A stretch of DNA of 64,000 nt from Chrysomallon squamiferum (Eukaryota > Animalia > Mollusca). The notes beneath the pieces are model-generated. The model was given only the letters and a program-made list of their open reading frames with translations. It was not told the DNA's origin and ran no database searches. The position numbers and the translations under genes were made by a program. Positions 43,351 through 55,944 of this stretch are shown here, piece by piece. The stretch's first letter is position 1, and every line of letters starts with the position of its first letter. The stretch is taken from the NCBI GenBank assembly GCA_012295275.1, contig CM022667.1, positions 4,526,001-4,590,000 of the forward strand. The letters run 5' to 3'.

Positions 43351-44378
43351 ACAACTGCATCAGAAGTTTAGAGAACTTAAAGAATTTGTATTTCATATAA
43401 ATGTTAAATTACCTTACTGAACTCACTGTCAAGAGAATGTAAATACAAACATCTAAGAAATATTGACCAAAAAAAAAAAAAAAAAAAATTCTTTTGAATT
43501 TTTAAATTAAAAGAAAAAGTGTTTTTTTTCTTCTTTTTCTGAAGTTCATTTGAAGCTTTTCACAGCTTGTCTTGAAGTCTGTAGGATCAATACAGCTGAC
43601 AGCACTGGGACATGGTTGACAAATGTGTGAATGTTTTATTAACAACATAATCACTTCACGATCTTACTCAGTGGCACGTTGGATTTTATTGATTAATTCA
43701 TGACTAATTAGGCTTGCCCTTATGCAGTATTAATTCACTTTCACAAGTTAAAAAAAAACCTTTAGTCTGAATACATCCATTTGTTCCTGGTTTGAGTTCA
43801 TTGTTAAACAACAAAACTATTGTAATGGTAATATCAAAAATAGTAACAGGTAAGAATAATAATTCTGATGGTAACAATTATCATAAGCAGTAGTGGCAGT
43901 TGTAGCTGCAGTAGTAGTTCTGTAGTAGTTATGGTATTAGATGCAGTAATAGCATCTGCAGTTGTAATAGTATTAAAGGAGTAGTTGTGGTAGCAGTAGT
44001 TGTCATATTAGTAGCCATTGCAGTGGTGGTATGTAGTTACAGATGAATAACATAAAATGCAAAGAATATCAGATACAAAAAAAAAAAAAATAATAATAAT
44101 AAAAACACCCACATCTTCCCAAACTGATTATTTGAATATTCAAACACAACACTCACACACAGAAAGAACCCTGAAAGTCTTTTTTTTTTTTTTTTTCACA
44201 TTCTACCATACTGACAGCACTGGTTTGTGTCCTGTCTTTGTTCTTTACAAGCTCATTTCAGTGACAGGAGGCAGCAGCCAGTGAATTATTGAAAAGCTGA
44301 TAAATTATTTATGTGTTTATTAACCTGACATCTTTGTGTCTTTCAGAAACTGACCAGAAGTGAAAGAAGAGAACGATA

Positions 44379-45392
44379 ATGGAAGACCTGTCCAGTACAA
44401 ATGGCGTCAACGGAGATTTGGTGAACGGTTTCGAAAACGGCCACAGAAAGCCCAACAAAGGTCACATACTGGTGACGGGTGGGGCCGGTTACCTAGGTAG
44501 CACTCTGATCCCCCTGCTCTTAGAAAGTGGGTACGAGGTGACGATATTTGACTGTTTCCGGTGGGGCATCACCCCCCTCCTCCCCGTCGCCGAGCACCCG
44601 CTGGTCCACATCGTGCGAGGAGACATCTGCGACAAGAGTGCCCTGGACAAGGTCATACAGAACAAGGCGGGAATCATCCACCTGGCAGCCATTGTGGGTT
44701 ACCCAGCATGCAGCAAGGAGCCGGACCTGGCGGAGACCGTCAACGTGGGAGGCACGCAGAACATCGCCAACCTCATCAAGCCGGGACAGGCGTTGGTCTA
44801 CGCCAGCACAGGCTCCTGCTACGGGGCTGTGGATGGGGTCTGCACGGAGGAGACCAGCATCTGTCCTCTGTCTCTGTATGGCAGGACCAAAGCAGGAGGG
44901 GAGAAAATCGTTCTCAGTGCAGGAGGCGTGGCTCTGCGCCTCGCCACAGTGTTCGGCATCGCGCCGCGACTCAGACTGGACCTGCTGATCAACGACCTCA
45001 CCTACAAGGCCTTAACCCTGAAACATTTCGACCTCTACGAAGGTCACTTCCGACGCACATTCTTGCACATCCGCGACGCTGCCCGTGCCTTCATCTTCGC
45101 GTTGGAGAACTTCAAGACGATGCAGGGGCAGGCGTACAACGTTGGCGACGAGCGGATGAACCTGACCAAGTTGGAGGTCGCCCAGGAGATCCAGGCGCAG
45201 GTAGAGGACTGCAAGATCGAGGAGAATCTGACGGGGAAGGACCAGGACAAGCGAGATTACGAGGTGTCGTATGAGAAGATTCGCAGGCTGGGCTTTCGGT
45301 CGACGATAAGTGTAAAACAGGGCATTGCTGACCTGCTCAAAGTGCTGCCTCACATTTCACACTCAGAAGTGGCAAGATGTAAAAATATTTAA
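44379..45392 (+). CDS. Extended-SDR NAD-dependent epimerase/dehydratase-family protein, Cj1427-like (GDP-D-glycero-alpha-D-manno-heptose C4 dehydrogenase-like), 337 aa, single coding exon
   Basis: Uninterrupted ORF with TGGAGYLG (aa 33-40), Asp58 ending beta2, HLAAIVG, catalytic Thr144 and Y167xxxK171. C-terminal [44 protein letters not shown] and DQDKRDY recall C. jejuni Cj1427. Splice acceptor tctttgtgtctttcag at 44345-44346 lies 32 nt before the ATG. The family call is firm; the substrate is unknown. Confidence 0.93.
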   Translation: MEDLSSTNGVNGDLVNGFENGHRKPNKGHILVTGGAGYLGSTLIPLLLESGYEVTIFDCFRWGITPLLPVAEHPLVHIVRGDICDKSALDKVIQNKAGIIHLAAIVGYPACSKEPDLAETVNVGGTQNIANLIKPGQALVYASTGSCYGAVDGVCTEETSICPLSLYGRTKAGGEKIVLSAGGVALRLATVFGIAPRLRLDLLINDLTYKALTLKHFDLYEGHFRRTFLHIRDAARAFIFALENFKTMQGQAYNVGDERMNLTKLEVAQEIQAQVEDCKIEENLTGKDQDKRDYEVSYEKIRRLGFRSTISVKQGIADLLKVLPHISHSEVARCKNI

Positions 45393-45502
45393 ACTTAGTG
45401 TTGCATAGGCTTTAGAACTTTGTGTCTCTCTTCTGTCAGTGGTTGCTTCTTTTTATGGGAAATAATACATTTATGTAAATATATCTATACATATATATAT
45501 AC

Positions 45503-45559
<57 letters not shown>

Positions 45560-45679
45560 CTAACACAGACATGTATGTTAATATATATATATATATATAT
45601 ATATATAGATAGATAGATAGATAGACAGATAAGAAAGAAAATTATTAAGATATAATACTTTATTTTATTTTTTTTAAAT

Positions 45680-45837
45680 CTAGCAAAGAATCTTCTATAT
45701 TAAAAACCTTCCCAGGAACAGAATAGGAGATACATACCAGCTTTTAATAAACTGAATGTGAAAAAAAAAAAAAAAAAAAAAAAAATGAAAAACTTAATTA
45801 TAACAAATAAATAAATAAATAATAAAAAAAAAAAAAA

Positions 45838-45901
<64 letters not shown>

Positions 45902-46000
45902 AAAATAAAATAAAATTAAATATAATTGACACTAGCGAGAATTGAGCTGAGAACCTGTCACATCTCAGGCCTACTCTCTCACCAATGAATTAACTGCCAG
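45680..46000 (-). mobile_element. Degenerate SINE remnant interrupted by an expanded poly(A) tract
   Basis: tagcaaagaatcttctatat...ccttcccag...acataccag resembles the 39725 copy. Reverse complement of 45930-46000 has degenerate A-box (taattcattggtgagag) and B-box (gctcaattc) spacing. Confidence 0.4.
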
Positions 46001-46571
46001 TACATGATTTTGAAACCTGCTCTTAATGACAAGATTAATTGCTGATAACAGCGGGAGGAACTGAGAGATGTGTTTATAATAAACACTCACTGAGTTATCT
46101 CTGTTCAGATACAAAGATAATGTTACGTAGACAGCAGAACGTTATTGTGTACATACCGAATAAGATACCTGACTTTCATCTTTTTCTAATGTTGATAACA
46201 GTTTATTAGACAGACGTAACGATTCAGTGACACAAAGATAAGTTTAACAGACAGTGATAACAAATTCAAATACCTTTCTATTTATAGCGTTTTCGTTACA
46301 GTTATTATTATTTTCTTTTTAACCATGTTATCAGGTGATTACGTTTTAAAAAAAAAAAATTAATAACTAAAGTTTTTTTAGAAAAATAATAATAAAATTT
46401 TAAATGTTTTGTGTACATTTTTCTACATTTGTTTTCACTAAATTCGGGTTTCTTTGATATTGATATATCATTTAGCTATTATTTGATTTGATCACTGTTT
46501 TCAGATTTTTTCTGTGATGAAAATGAATGATAAATTTGAAAATATTTGACATAAACCATCATGTACTTAAG

Positions 46572-46607
<36 letters not shown>

Positions 46608-48167
46608 CTGGTTGATGTTACCTAGAAAATTCACTGTTTTCACCTATATAGTTTTATATATACATTTGAATATAAGGTGAGTCAACAAAAACATAACAAA
46701 TATAGATACATTCACAAACATACAAATGCAAACATGAACAATCATAAACACACACATAAAACATACATAATACCTCTCTTACGAGACATGATAAAAAAAT
46801 TTAATGTGATTTCATAGCTGTACATAATTCTTACTGAAAACTCAAATGATGAGTAAAACTGAATAAAGTAATAATTAATTATTTAGCAAATTAACATCTT
46901 TTTTTTTAATTGCTGTTACTAGGAATATGTTTGATGTGTTTAAACAAGGTAAATAATCGGTTTGTTTTGTGTGTGTGTTGTTTCATTAACAAGCATGTTT
47001 ACTTGTTACTTGAATATCATCACATTCTGTTTTATACTACCCATTAAATATGTAACCATGACAACCTGGCAGTTAGCATTAATAAACCTTTCTTTTTTCT
47101 TTTTTTCTTTTTTAAAATTTATTATCATTATTAGTGGGGTTTTTTTAATAATAATGGTTTTAAATGCAGTGAGATAACAAAATTTTGGTGGAGGGGCATT
47201 TGCTTTTAAAAAGTTTTCAGGGATAACTTTTAGCTTTAAATATTTAGAATTTTGCAATATTTTACATTCTATTTGGAATCTTCTTTACAGAAAGTTAATT
47301 TTTTTAACGGATTTCTGATAGTTTTTGGTTTTTCTGGTGTTTTTATTTTTTGGGGGGTTTAAAATATTCATGTGAGATGTAAATAGTTATTAATTTAAAA
47401 TTTAAATGTTAACTAAAATTATAATGTTGATGATAATGATGAAAGTGCTTTGATATAAATTCACTTTTGTTAGTTTATTTTATATTAGAATATTAATGAT
47501 AATTATGTTAATGACGATTAATGTGATGATCATGTTAATAAAAAAAGTTTTGATTAATTTTTGTAAATTTAAAAAAAAAAGATTTTGTGGTTTTTATTTA
47601 ATTTTTTAATTTTTATTTCTTATTTTATTTTATTTTTATGATGTGGGGATTTGCCAGTTTATACATAATTTATTTTATTTGTTGTTGTTGTTTTTAGTAA
47701 AAATTCTAGAAAGTTGTTATAATTTCAAATGCCTGTTTATATTTTCCAGTATAAAAAATGTTATTAAAAAATTTGTTTTCTTTTGTTTGTTAACCAGAAT
47801 TAATTCTGTATACTGTGACAATTATCTGTTAAACTTATTCATCAACATAATATTAAAAAAAAATAATAATAAAAAAAAAATTGTGATATTACATTAAGGG
47901 ACCATAATTCTCATTATATTTTTCTGTAATTTCCACATTTTAGCCAAAGCACCTACTATATCTTCTACTATTAAATATTTCACTTGGGATATTATTTTTT
48001 GGAGATTCTTAAATGCATTTTGCTAACATTGCTAATTTTCCTGAAATTGTAATATATTTTTTCTGCCATTTTGTGCATAACTAAAAATATATTTTTATAC
48101 TTATTTTAAAACTATTTTAATACTATGATGATATATATTTCCACAAATGGAATTTTCTTTATTACTT

Positions 48168-48199
<32 letters not shown>

Positions 48200-48542
48200 T
48201 ATAGGATATGTATACAAATTTAAACAGTTACTATTTATTGTCAATTTCTAACTTAATATCTACAGGCAGTCATACTGTCTACTTTTATTTAAAGTATTCA
48301 TCTTTTATTTGAATATATGTATATATATATATATTTTTTTTTAATTATTATTACTGTTACATTTGTAGTGCTTAAACAAAATTATTTATTTTATTAAAAA
48401 TACATAATTACATTCATAATACCTTTTGCAGCATTGACAACAAATTTTAATATTTAGAAAAAAAATTTTACAGTACTTCNAGGAAGAAAATAAAGACCCT
48501 GGAAGAATAAATGAGCCCCAAAATATTAAAATAAAAATTAAA

Positions 48543-48551
48543 AAAGGGACA

Positions 48552-48603
<52 letters not shown>

Positions 48604-48682
48604 GTGATACATCCAGACAGTTCCCTGTTTTGAGTGTTGTATCGTAATTAAAATAATGTTGTACACGTATGTTTGTCCCTTT
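48543..48682. mobile_element. Possible ~140-bp MITE
   Basis: Perfect 10-bp inverted ends aaagggacaa (48543-48552) and ttgtcccttt (48673-48682) around a (TA)n run. No clean target-site duplication. Confidence 0.35.
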
Positions 48683-49774
48683 ATTTAAATCACATTTATA
48701 AAACATTTTTCACTTGTTTCTTTCTTTCTTTTTGTGTATGTATTCCAAATTCCATTACAAAAACTGGTTTTAGAGTTCTTAACATTTCCATCTTCTTTGA
48801 CAAGATCGCAAATTAAGAAAATGAAATGAAATGTGTATGATGAATATTTATTTTATTCATTTCATTGACAGTACACCTGCAAGCAAAATAGAAAAGAATA
48901 AAAAAGATAATAAATGATATTTTCTGTCAATTTCAAACATTTTATTTATTTGACCTCACAAAAATAAAATAGGAATATATTTAGTAAGATTAAAAAGAAA
49001 AAAAAAAAAAAAAACAACAATTTCTGTTGCACTGACATCGTTGAAAAAATGTCCCTAATTGATACCGAGTTTAAAAAAAATATATATATATATATATAAA
49101 TTTTAGAGTCATTTCAGCATTTTTTATTTGAAATTCTTCAAATTATGCCTCAAAAATATTTTTTACTTTAAAAGTCTTGAATTATTTTGGTTTTAACCTT
49201 GTGACAGAAGACATGTAATAGCACTTTGTTTTCTAAAAAAATTTAAAACTGTATGTATCTGTCTCTCTTTCTGCCTTTAGTCACAGTTAAATTGAAACTG
49301 ATACTGATCTAACAATGTTAGGAAATTTTAAACTGATACTGATACAGATCTAATAACATTAGGAAATTTTTGCCCAACTCAGACACAATATTAACTTGTG
49401 CCAACTAAAATACATCGAGTAGCAGTCTTTGCTGTTTTACGTTGTGTGGATTTTTTTGTTAGATGCTGTAAAACCATAAGTTAATGCAGTCAGTGTATTC
49501 AGTATTGTAAGCAGTAATGTTACAATTCATTTATTTTCACATAAGAAATGTATACATTATAAATACATTTTGTTAATAGAAGTTGTTACGAGATGTTGTC
49601 TAACATTTTAGTTAATAATGGCTGCGGGGTTGTTTATGTCATAATGTGTTTCATTGATAGAAATCATGATGAAAGTTTATTTTCAAAACTTCTCGTTACG
49701 TGCACGCAATGGCTGCAGGGTTAAACCTCGATACATGTCATCTATCATTTGTACATTAACATTTCACCTTGATT

Positions 49775-50090
49775 TAACGATTGAGTAACTTATGTAATAT
49801 TAAATTATTACTATTTTAAAAACAGTCATTGACTAGTTTGCATAATATTAAATTACTATTTTAAAAATGATGATTGAGTTATTTATATAATATTAAATTA
49901 CTGTTTTAAAAACAATGATTGAATTACTTACATAGTATTAAATTAGTTTTAAAAACAATGATTGAGTTACTTATAATATAAAATTACTATTTTAAAAACA
50001 ATGATTGAGTTACTTACGTAATATTAAATTACTGTTTTAAAAATGATGTTTGGATTATTTATGTAATATTAAATTACTGTTTTAAATAAA
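49775..50090. repeat. ~45-bp minisatellite
   Basis: Unit atgattgagttacttatataatattaaattact(a/g)ttttaaaaaca, about 7 copies. Confidence 0.88.
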
Positions 50091-51221
50091 CGAAAGGTCA
50101 TTTGGATTGGTTTCATCTCACCTTGAACATTAGTGTAGTTGTTAGAGAGAGTTTAATTAAATAATTTAAATCATTTGATTGTTGAAGCATCCATGAATTA
50201 TCTAAATAAATTATTTAAAACATTATGTATCTGAAGATAGTACATGATGTTGTTGAGTTTTCTCCCAGGAATCATTTTTGTTTTAAAAACCAAGAAGAAA
50301 AAAGTTTTAAATTTATTTGTTATTTACATTTGTTACTGCTATACTTTTAAGATATGAACCCAATTTAAGAATTTTATGTGTTTTTCTTTTATAACTTTTA
50401 TATATCTCTTACTTGAAGTAAATTTAAAATGATGTCAACAATGACAGTTTAACTAACCAAAACTTCCAAGTGAAGATGAAAAATATATAATTTTTTCTTT
50501 TTGTTTAGAGACTAAACAAATAATTCACCAACACAATTTATGGATCTACACCTTTGTGAACTGTCTTAATTTCAGATAATCAGTATAGTTGAATGTTTTA
50601 TTTATTTTTTTTTTTCTAATGGTGCAGTTTTTGACACAGTTATATACATCTAAATAATGTTGTTTTTTATTATTATTTTTATATATATCTAGATATATAT
50701 GGATTTCCAGATATATATAAAAATTTTCCATAGACAATATGTCTGTAATGCACTGGCAACTTTGTAATAGTTGGAACAGCAAATAGCTGAGTTGGCTTTC
50801 TCGATGGTTTGATCCTAAGAACTCTCAGGTTCCATTCAGTCATTAACTGTTGAGCTCACCTTAGGTTACTTTGAAAATTGCATTTCCTAAGCTGATTTTT
50901 TTTTTATATAAGTCATAAAGCTGCAGTGAGTTGTTTATAAAGTTATGAGCATTTATGAATGTACTTAAAATCATTTTTCTCCCCACCCATGTATTTTTAA
51001 GCAGTCCCCCAGAATGGGAACTACCTCCCAGGATGAAGGTCAGGTAGTAATTAATTTGTAGTTTATAATTAGTTTTAGGCATTAGTTGCATTTTACATTG
51101 GAATATATTCAGTGTACATGTTTTATCAGTGTAAATTTTGTTTCTGTGCTTTGTAATCACTTGTTCATTTTATCGTTATTTTTATTTGTTAAAACTTGTA
51201 GGAGTTTATCTATCCATGTAT

Positions 51222-51262
<41 letters not shown>

Positions 51263-53506
51263 TGACTGTCTATAATATATCTATCTTTATATACATATAA
51301 TCATCAAAGTTACTTAAATAAACCAGAAACTGCATAATGTATTATGAACAAATATTTGTATTCTTTTAAAAATTTGTTTCCAATTAAAATATTCCTTGTA
51401 TATCCCTATTATTGTTGTTTCTTGAAAATAATTTATTAATTTATATACTTTTTTTTTCACACAAGCAACTTGTTACCATTAATGGAGACCAAACTTTATT
51501 TAACAATAAAGTTTAAAATTATTAATAGAAAAGGCTGTCATTTTCTATTGTTCTGTGTATCATTTCAGAGAAAAATAAAATTTGTAATAAAGTACTGATA
51601 GAAGTGCAGAAAAGTACTTACATACTATATACATATACATATACACACACTAAAAACAATTAACTTGTAAATGTGGCTATTATTTTTTTTTTCATTTTTA
51701 ATTATTCTCATCATGTTTAAAACTATTATTTTTATTGGCATTTTTTCCATTTAACAATTTTGATTTTGTACTTTTTAATATATCTGTTTTCTTACATTTT
51801 TATTTTTGTTATATTTGTTGTGCTTAAATTCAATTATTTATATTATACAAACTACATACTTAGCATTATAAAACTGTTTGCAGCATTGAAAACAAAAAAT
51901 AATAATAAATTTGCATTTACTATTTTACTTTCTAATACAAGTCTGAGTGACAAATATTGCTGATCTGTTGTGATTCTTGCGATTTTTTCTATGGTTCCTC
52001 TGTGTACAGATGGGTTACTATAATTTTTGTATATAAATAAAATACATTTATAATAAATTCAAATTTCTTATTGATTTGTAAATTATTTAATCAGTTTTTA
52101 TCTGTTTAGAAATGATCTGTTGACAGAGAAATTTAATTATTTTAAATAAACAAATAACCAGACTGCACATGAAAGAGAATATATTAGTGTGCATGTATTT
52201 GTTAATTTTATTTCGTCAGAATTCATGGCAACAAAACGATTCCCGTAATTCGATAATTTCTGGACCCATTCATATTATATACACTAAGTATAAAATATTT
52301 AACAATTATATACAATATGCACTGAATGATAATAAGTTTATACATTAATCATTTAAAACAGCATTAGTTGTTTTAAAATGTAAAATGTACAGTAACTTCA
52401 CCCAGTAGCAAATGGGATTTACAGTGAATTTTAGTTTATAGTTAGTTATCAATAAAAGAGAGTTTGAAAGAAAGTAGGAAATAAAGTGTAAAGAAATTCA
52501 GAAATGATTTCATACAATACATACCATTTTATTTTATTTTAATGAATTTAAAGTATTGCATCAAAAGAAAATGTTGGAAATCGATGATTTTTATTTTTAT
52601 TAAATTTTCATAGGATCATTTAGTTAGCACCTTTTCAGAAATGTATTATTATTAATTCTGAATGTATTTATCAGTACATAGATCGTACAAAATAACAACA
52701 GCAACAGCAACAACAACATGATACTGGCATCATGAACGGACAAAACAATATTACTGTGGATTGCAAGTAAGCTATGGTCAAAGTATGAATCTCGAATCGT
52801 AAAAAAAAAAAACACGTGAAAAATCTGAAATGCATTCGCCCATTCATGGCGGGTTTGAAAATGGACAATTAAAAACCTGTAGCGTTAGTTCCAGTCAAGA
52901 CCTGCTGTCGTAAGGTCGTAATTCTCGACAAACTGTACTTGGTAATGAAAATAACAATGTCCTTACAGTATTACCAGAGTAAGGATCCTTGAACTCACAG
53001 TAAGATGACTAATAAATAAAAGGTACTATATTTAAACGGATTTAATTAATCTGCAGTTGGTGATAAAAATTACCAATATTGCCAATAAACAAAGTCCTCA
53101 TATGAGGTCCAGAGTTACGGTTCTTGAATTTGTAGCTGGATGGCAATATTAATATATATAATATATAATATATAAAGTAATAAAAAAATATTTAATCGTT
53201 AATATCAGTTTCACCAAAGTCGTTTGATCTATATGTCCCAGATAAAAAGGAAAGAAAAAAACAACAACAAATAAAAAAAAAAAAAAAACAAATACATGAT
53301 CAACATTTTTACAGAAATGATGTTAAAACTATATTTATACATACAAAAACAACAACAACAACAACAACAATAATAACAAAAATATGAAACAATAATAAAT
53401 TCAAAAAAAAAAAAACAACAACTAAATAAATAAATGTACACGTAGCACTGATTTCGGAATAAATGAACAAGTTTGCATTGAAGCGGTTTTCAGCTGATTT
53501 CCATCG

Positions 53507-53632
53507 AAAGTAAAATGAGGCGCTTAAAATGTTCGCAGTGGTCAACGTTTCAAACACATAATTTTATTTCCGAAATTGCTTTTGCAGACATTTTTTTTTT
53601 TTTTTTTTTTTTTTTCTTTTTTTACCCCGATA
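53507..53632 (+). repeat. Dispersed direct repeat, copy 1
   Basis: aaagtaaaatgaggcgcttaaaatgttcgcagtggtcaacgtttcaaacacataattttatttccgaaattgcttttgcagaca(T)n ccccgata, nearly identical to 55945-56062. Confidence 0.9.
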
Positions 53633-53700
53633 ATTTTCAACATAAAACAGGTATCGAATAATTTATTCGGCTTTCTGAAGTCCGAAAAATCAGAAATTCG

Positions 53701-53736
<36 letters not shown>

Positions 53737-53812
53737 TTATTTTAAACTAATTTTAAATTTGGCGTGCTACAGATCACCGTTCGACGGCGATTGTGTTTGT
53801 TTCCGTAACATA

Positions 53813-54796
53813 GGGTGAGGTCGGGTAATTCTGGCTCCCTTTTCTATTCAACCTCATCTACAGCTTCACAGACAAAAGGAAACAACAAAATGGAGTGAAT
53901 AATGTGCAGTATATCTATTTCCGCTTCAAAATACACAAACACTGCATGCACAGTGTTTATACTGCTGAAATGGGAACCAGGTTAAAAACTGTTGTTAGGG
54001 GCCAGATTTGCCCCATTGATTTGTAATAAATCTGGCCCCCACATTCCTGATGTATTTTGGTCCTCAAATTTGTTGTACTGATTATTGCTATGTAATCACT
54101 GTCAACTGCTAATGATAATTACTACTAATCATAATATAAGTCAGGGTTCAAAACTTCAATAAACTAAACTCCTTGACAAATATCACACAAGAATATAATA
54201 TCTTTCAAGCCCGCACCAGCTGGGATTTCGAGGTTTGCGCAAGGATCAAGACAATACGAATTTAAGCACCCATCACATCGTATGAATTATTGTGTGTCTA
54301 ATACATCTCTGTCTTCTAGTTCAGACTCGTCACCACCAACGTTTTCTTTGACTGCATCCACCGGTTCTGCTGTAACATTCAAATTGAGCTGCCACTTCGC
54401 CTTTGGTATCTGCTTTTGGTTTATGGGGTTTATTTTCGTTCTCTCGACTTTGTTCTCTCTGCCTTTTTTTCCTCCTTTCTCTTCTTCTCTGCTAACTCTT
54501 CTTCACACCTCTTCACATTTTCTTCTTCAGTCAGTGCCTCGGCATACCGCATCCTCTTGATTTTATTTTAAGTTTGGCGACGTGCCTCATCAGATGGACC
54601 GTGCACCTTTTTTACAACCTTGTTGTTTTCATTACTTTCATGGCCACTATGCTCCTTGTGTAAAATGGCTGCTTTGTTCTAATGAGAGATAGGAAGGTTC
54701 AGTTTATATAAACAAAGTTCCAGAAGCCTGCACAGAACGGTATAGTGGCTGTAAGTCATAATATGCCTTAGGGGCCAGAATTACCCCACCTTACCC
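53813..54796 (-). mobile_element. Non-autonomous pogo-like (Tc1/mariner superfamily) DNA transposon, internal-deletion derivative
   Basis: 26-bp TIRs GGGTGAGGTCGGGTAATTCTGGCTCC (53813-53838) and GGGGCCAGAATTACCCCACCTTACCC (54771-54796), 23/26 match. TA on the left flank, AA on the right. The minus strand ~54560-54164 encodes a stop-interrupted remnant AEALTEEENVKRCEEELAEKKRKEEKK...FIRCDGCLNSYCLDPC...FLCDICQGV*, i.e. a charged coil plus a PHD-like finger. Confidence 0.82.
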
Positions 54797-55944
54797 AACT
54801 CGTGAACGACGTCAGTTTAAGTGAGACTGTTGCTGGGTAGAGATGACCCTCTCTCGGTAAATCATTATTATACACCTGCACAGGTATATTAAAAAACTGC
54901 TAAATAACAAATTGTTCTTTCTTTCTTTATTTATTTATTATTATTATCTATATTTTGTGTTTATATATATACACACACATACACACAGTATATATATAAT
55001 TAAGAAGAGCATTATTTAGTACCTGTATTTGTTAACTAAAATAACGATCCTTGTTTTCATTGTTTAATTTTCACCCTATTTATAAAAATAAAGTCAATGG
55101 TTTTGTGTAAAGGTTTTATAAGAATTTGAACGGATTAATAAAGGTCAAGCAGACCCTGCTTTAAGGGTATAATAATGTGTATGTGATAAATAGTTTCGTA
55201 GCTTATTTTACATCTTAAATATAAGTTAAAGCTGTATTCATACCACCTGCTGCCAGAATCGTTCCGGATAAGTTGGTTCTGTTCAGTAAATCGTTATTCT
55301 CTTTGAAAAAAAAAAAAAAAAAAAAAAATAAATAAATAATAAAAACAAAAAAAAAAAAAAAAAAAGAAAAAAAAAAGGAGAAAAAATTATGCGAAACCAG
55401 TTCATATATAACTAATGCGGTAACCCGAATACTTTAAAAAAAAAAAAAAAAAAAAAAAAATTATTCTCTCTCCCAAACTTTCTTTTCCATTTTTTTTTTT
55501 CATTTTTTTATAGAGCCAGGTAATACGATAAATATGTCCAACACTTTAATAACATAGTATTACATTCGCAGATAGGCATCGATTTCAAAACCAGAATTAA
55601 CCAAACAGCAAATAAACTGTTTCGACTCATCGATGTGTGTAGCGAATGTGATCTTTGCTACACTGCAGGTTAATCCAGCCGTGAACAGCACGCGTACAAA
55701 CCTTCCAGGTGCATTACTCAATACAAGTCACGTTCTTCTAAATTACAGGGGAGAGCAAACTGAGGCCGAGGCAAGGATGTCGCTTCATTTGAAATGTTTA
55801 GCTTCTCATTTGAAATGTAACCCGGCTGCGTGTCAGTATAAACACTCGTATACCATGTATTTACTACGACTGTCAGATGCCGTACACAATAATGTATCCA
55901 GTATTCATTTTTAGATCCGACAGTTTTAAAGCTGTTACTTAATA

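Noticed and set aside
44489-45353. Overlapping alternative-frame and antisense ORFs (up to 237 aa) inside the SDR gene
   Set aside because: Expected shadow ORFs of GC-rich coding sequence with few off-frame stops; no recognisable motifs.
44379-45392. High GC content of the SDR ORF as proof of recent horizontal transfer or contamination
   Set aside because: The long HYDIN exon (62424-62923) is similarly GC-rich in places, so composition alone does not discriminate. The splice acceptor and host-type flanks argue against contamination.
45746-45900. AATAAA plus long poly(A) after the intronless SDR gene as a retrogene tail
   Set aside because: The A-tract appears to sit inside a degenerate minus-strand SINE, long A-runs are common throughout the window, and no target-site duplication is visible.
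45930-46000. tRNA gene
   Set aside because: Only degenerate A/B-box-like remnants without a convincing cloverleaf; better explained as a SINE head.
48480-48480. Single N base
   Set aside because: An assembly ambiguity or join marker, not biology; local contiguity here should be treated with caution.
54282-54560. 92-aa plus-strand Ser/Phe-rich ORF
   Set aside because: It is the antisense shadow of the transposase remnant on the minus strand.
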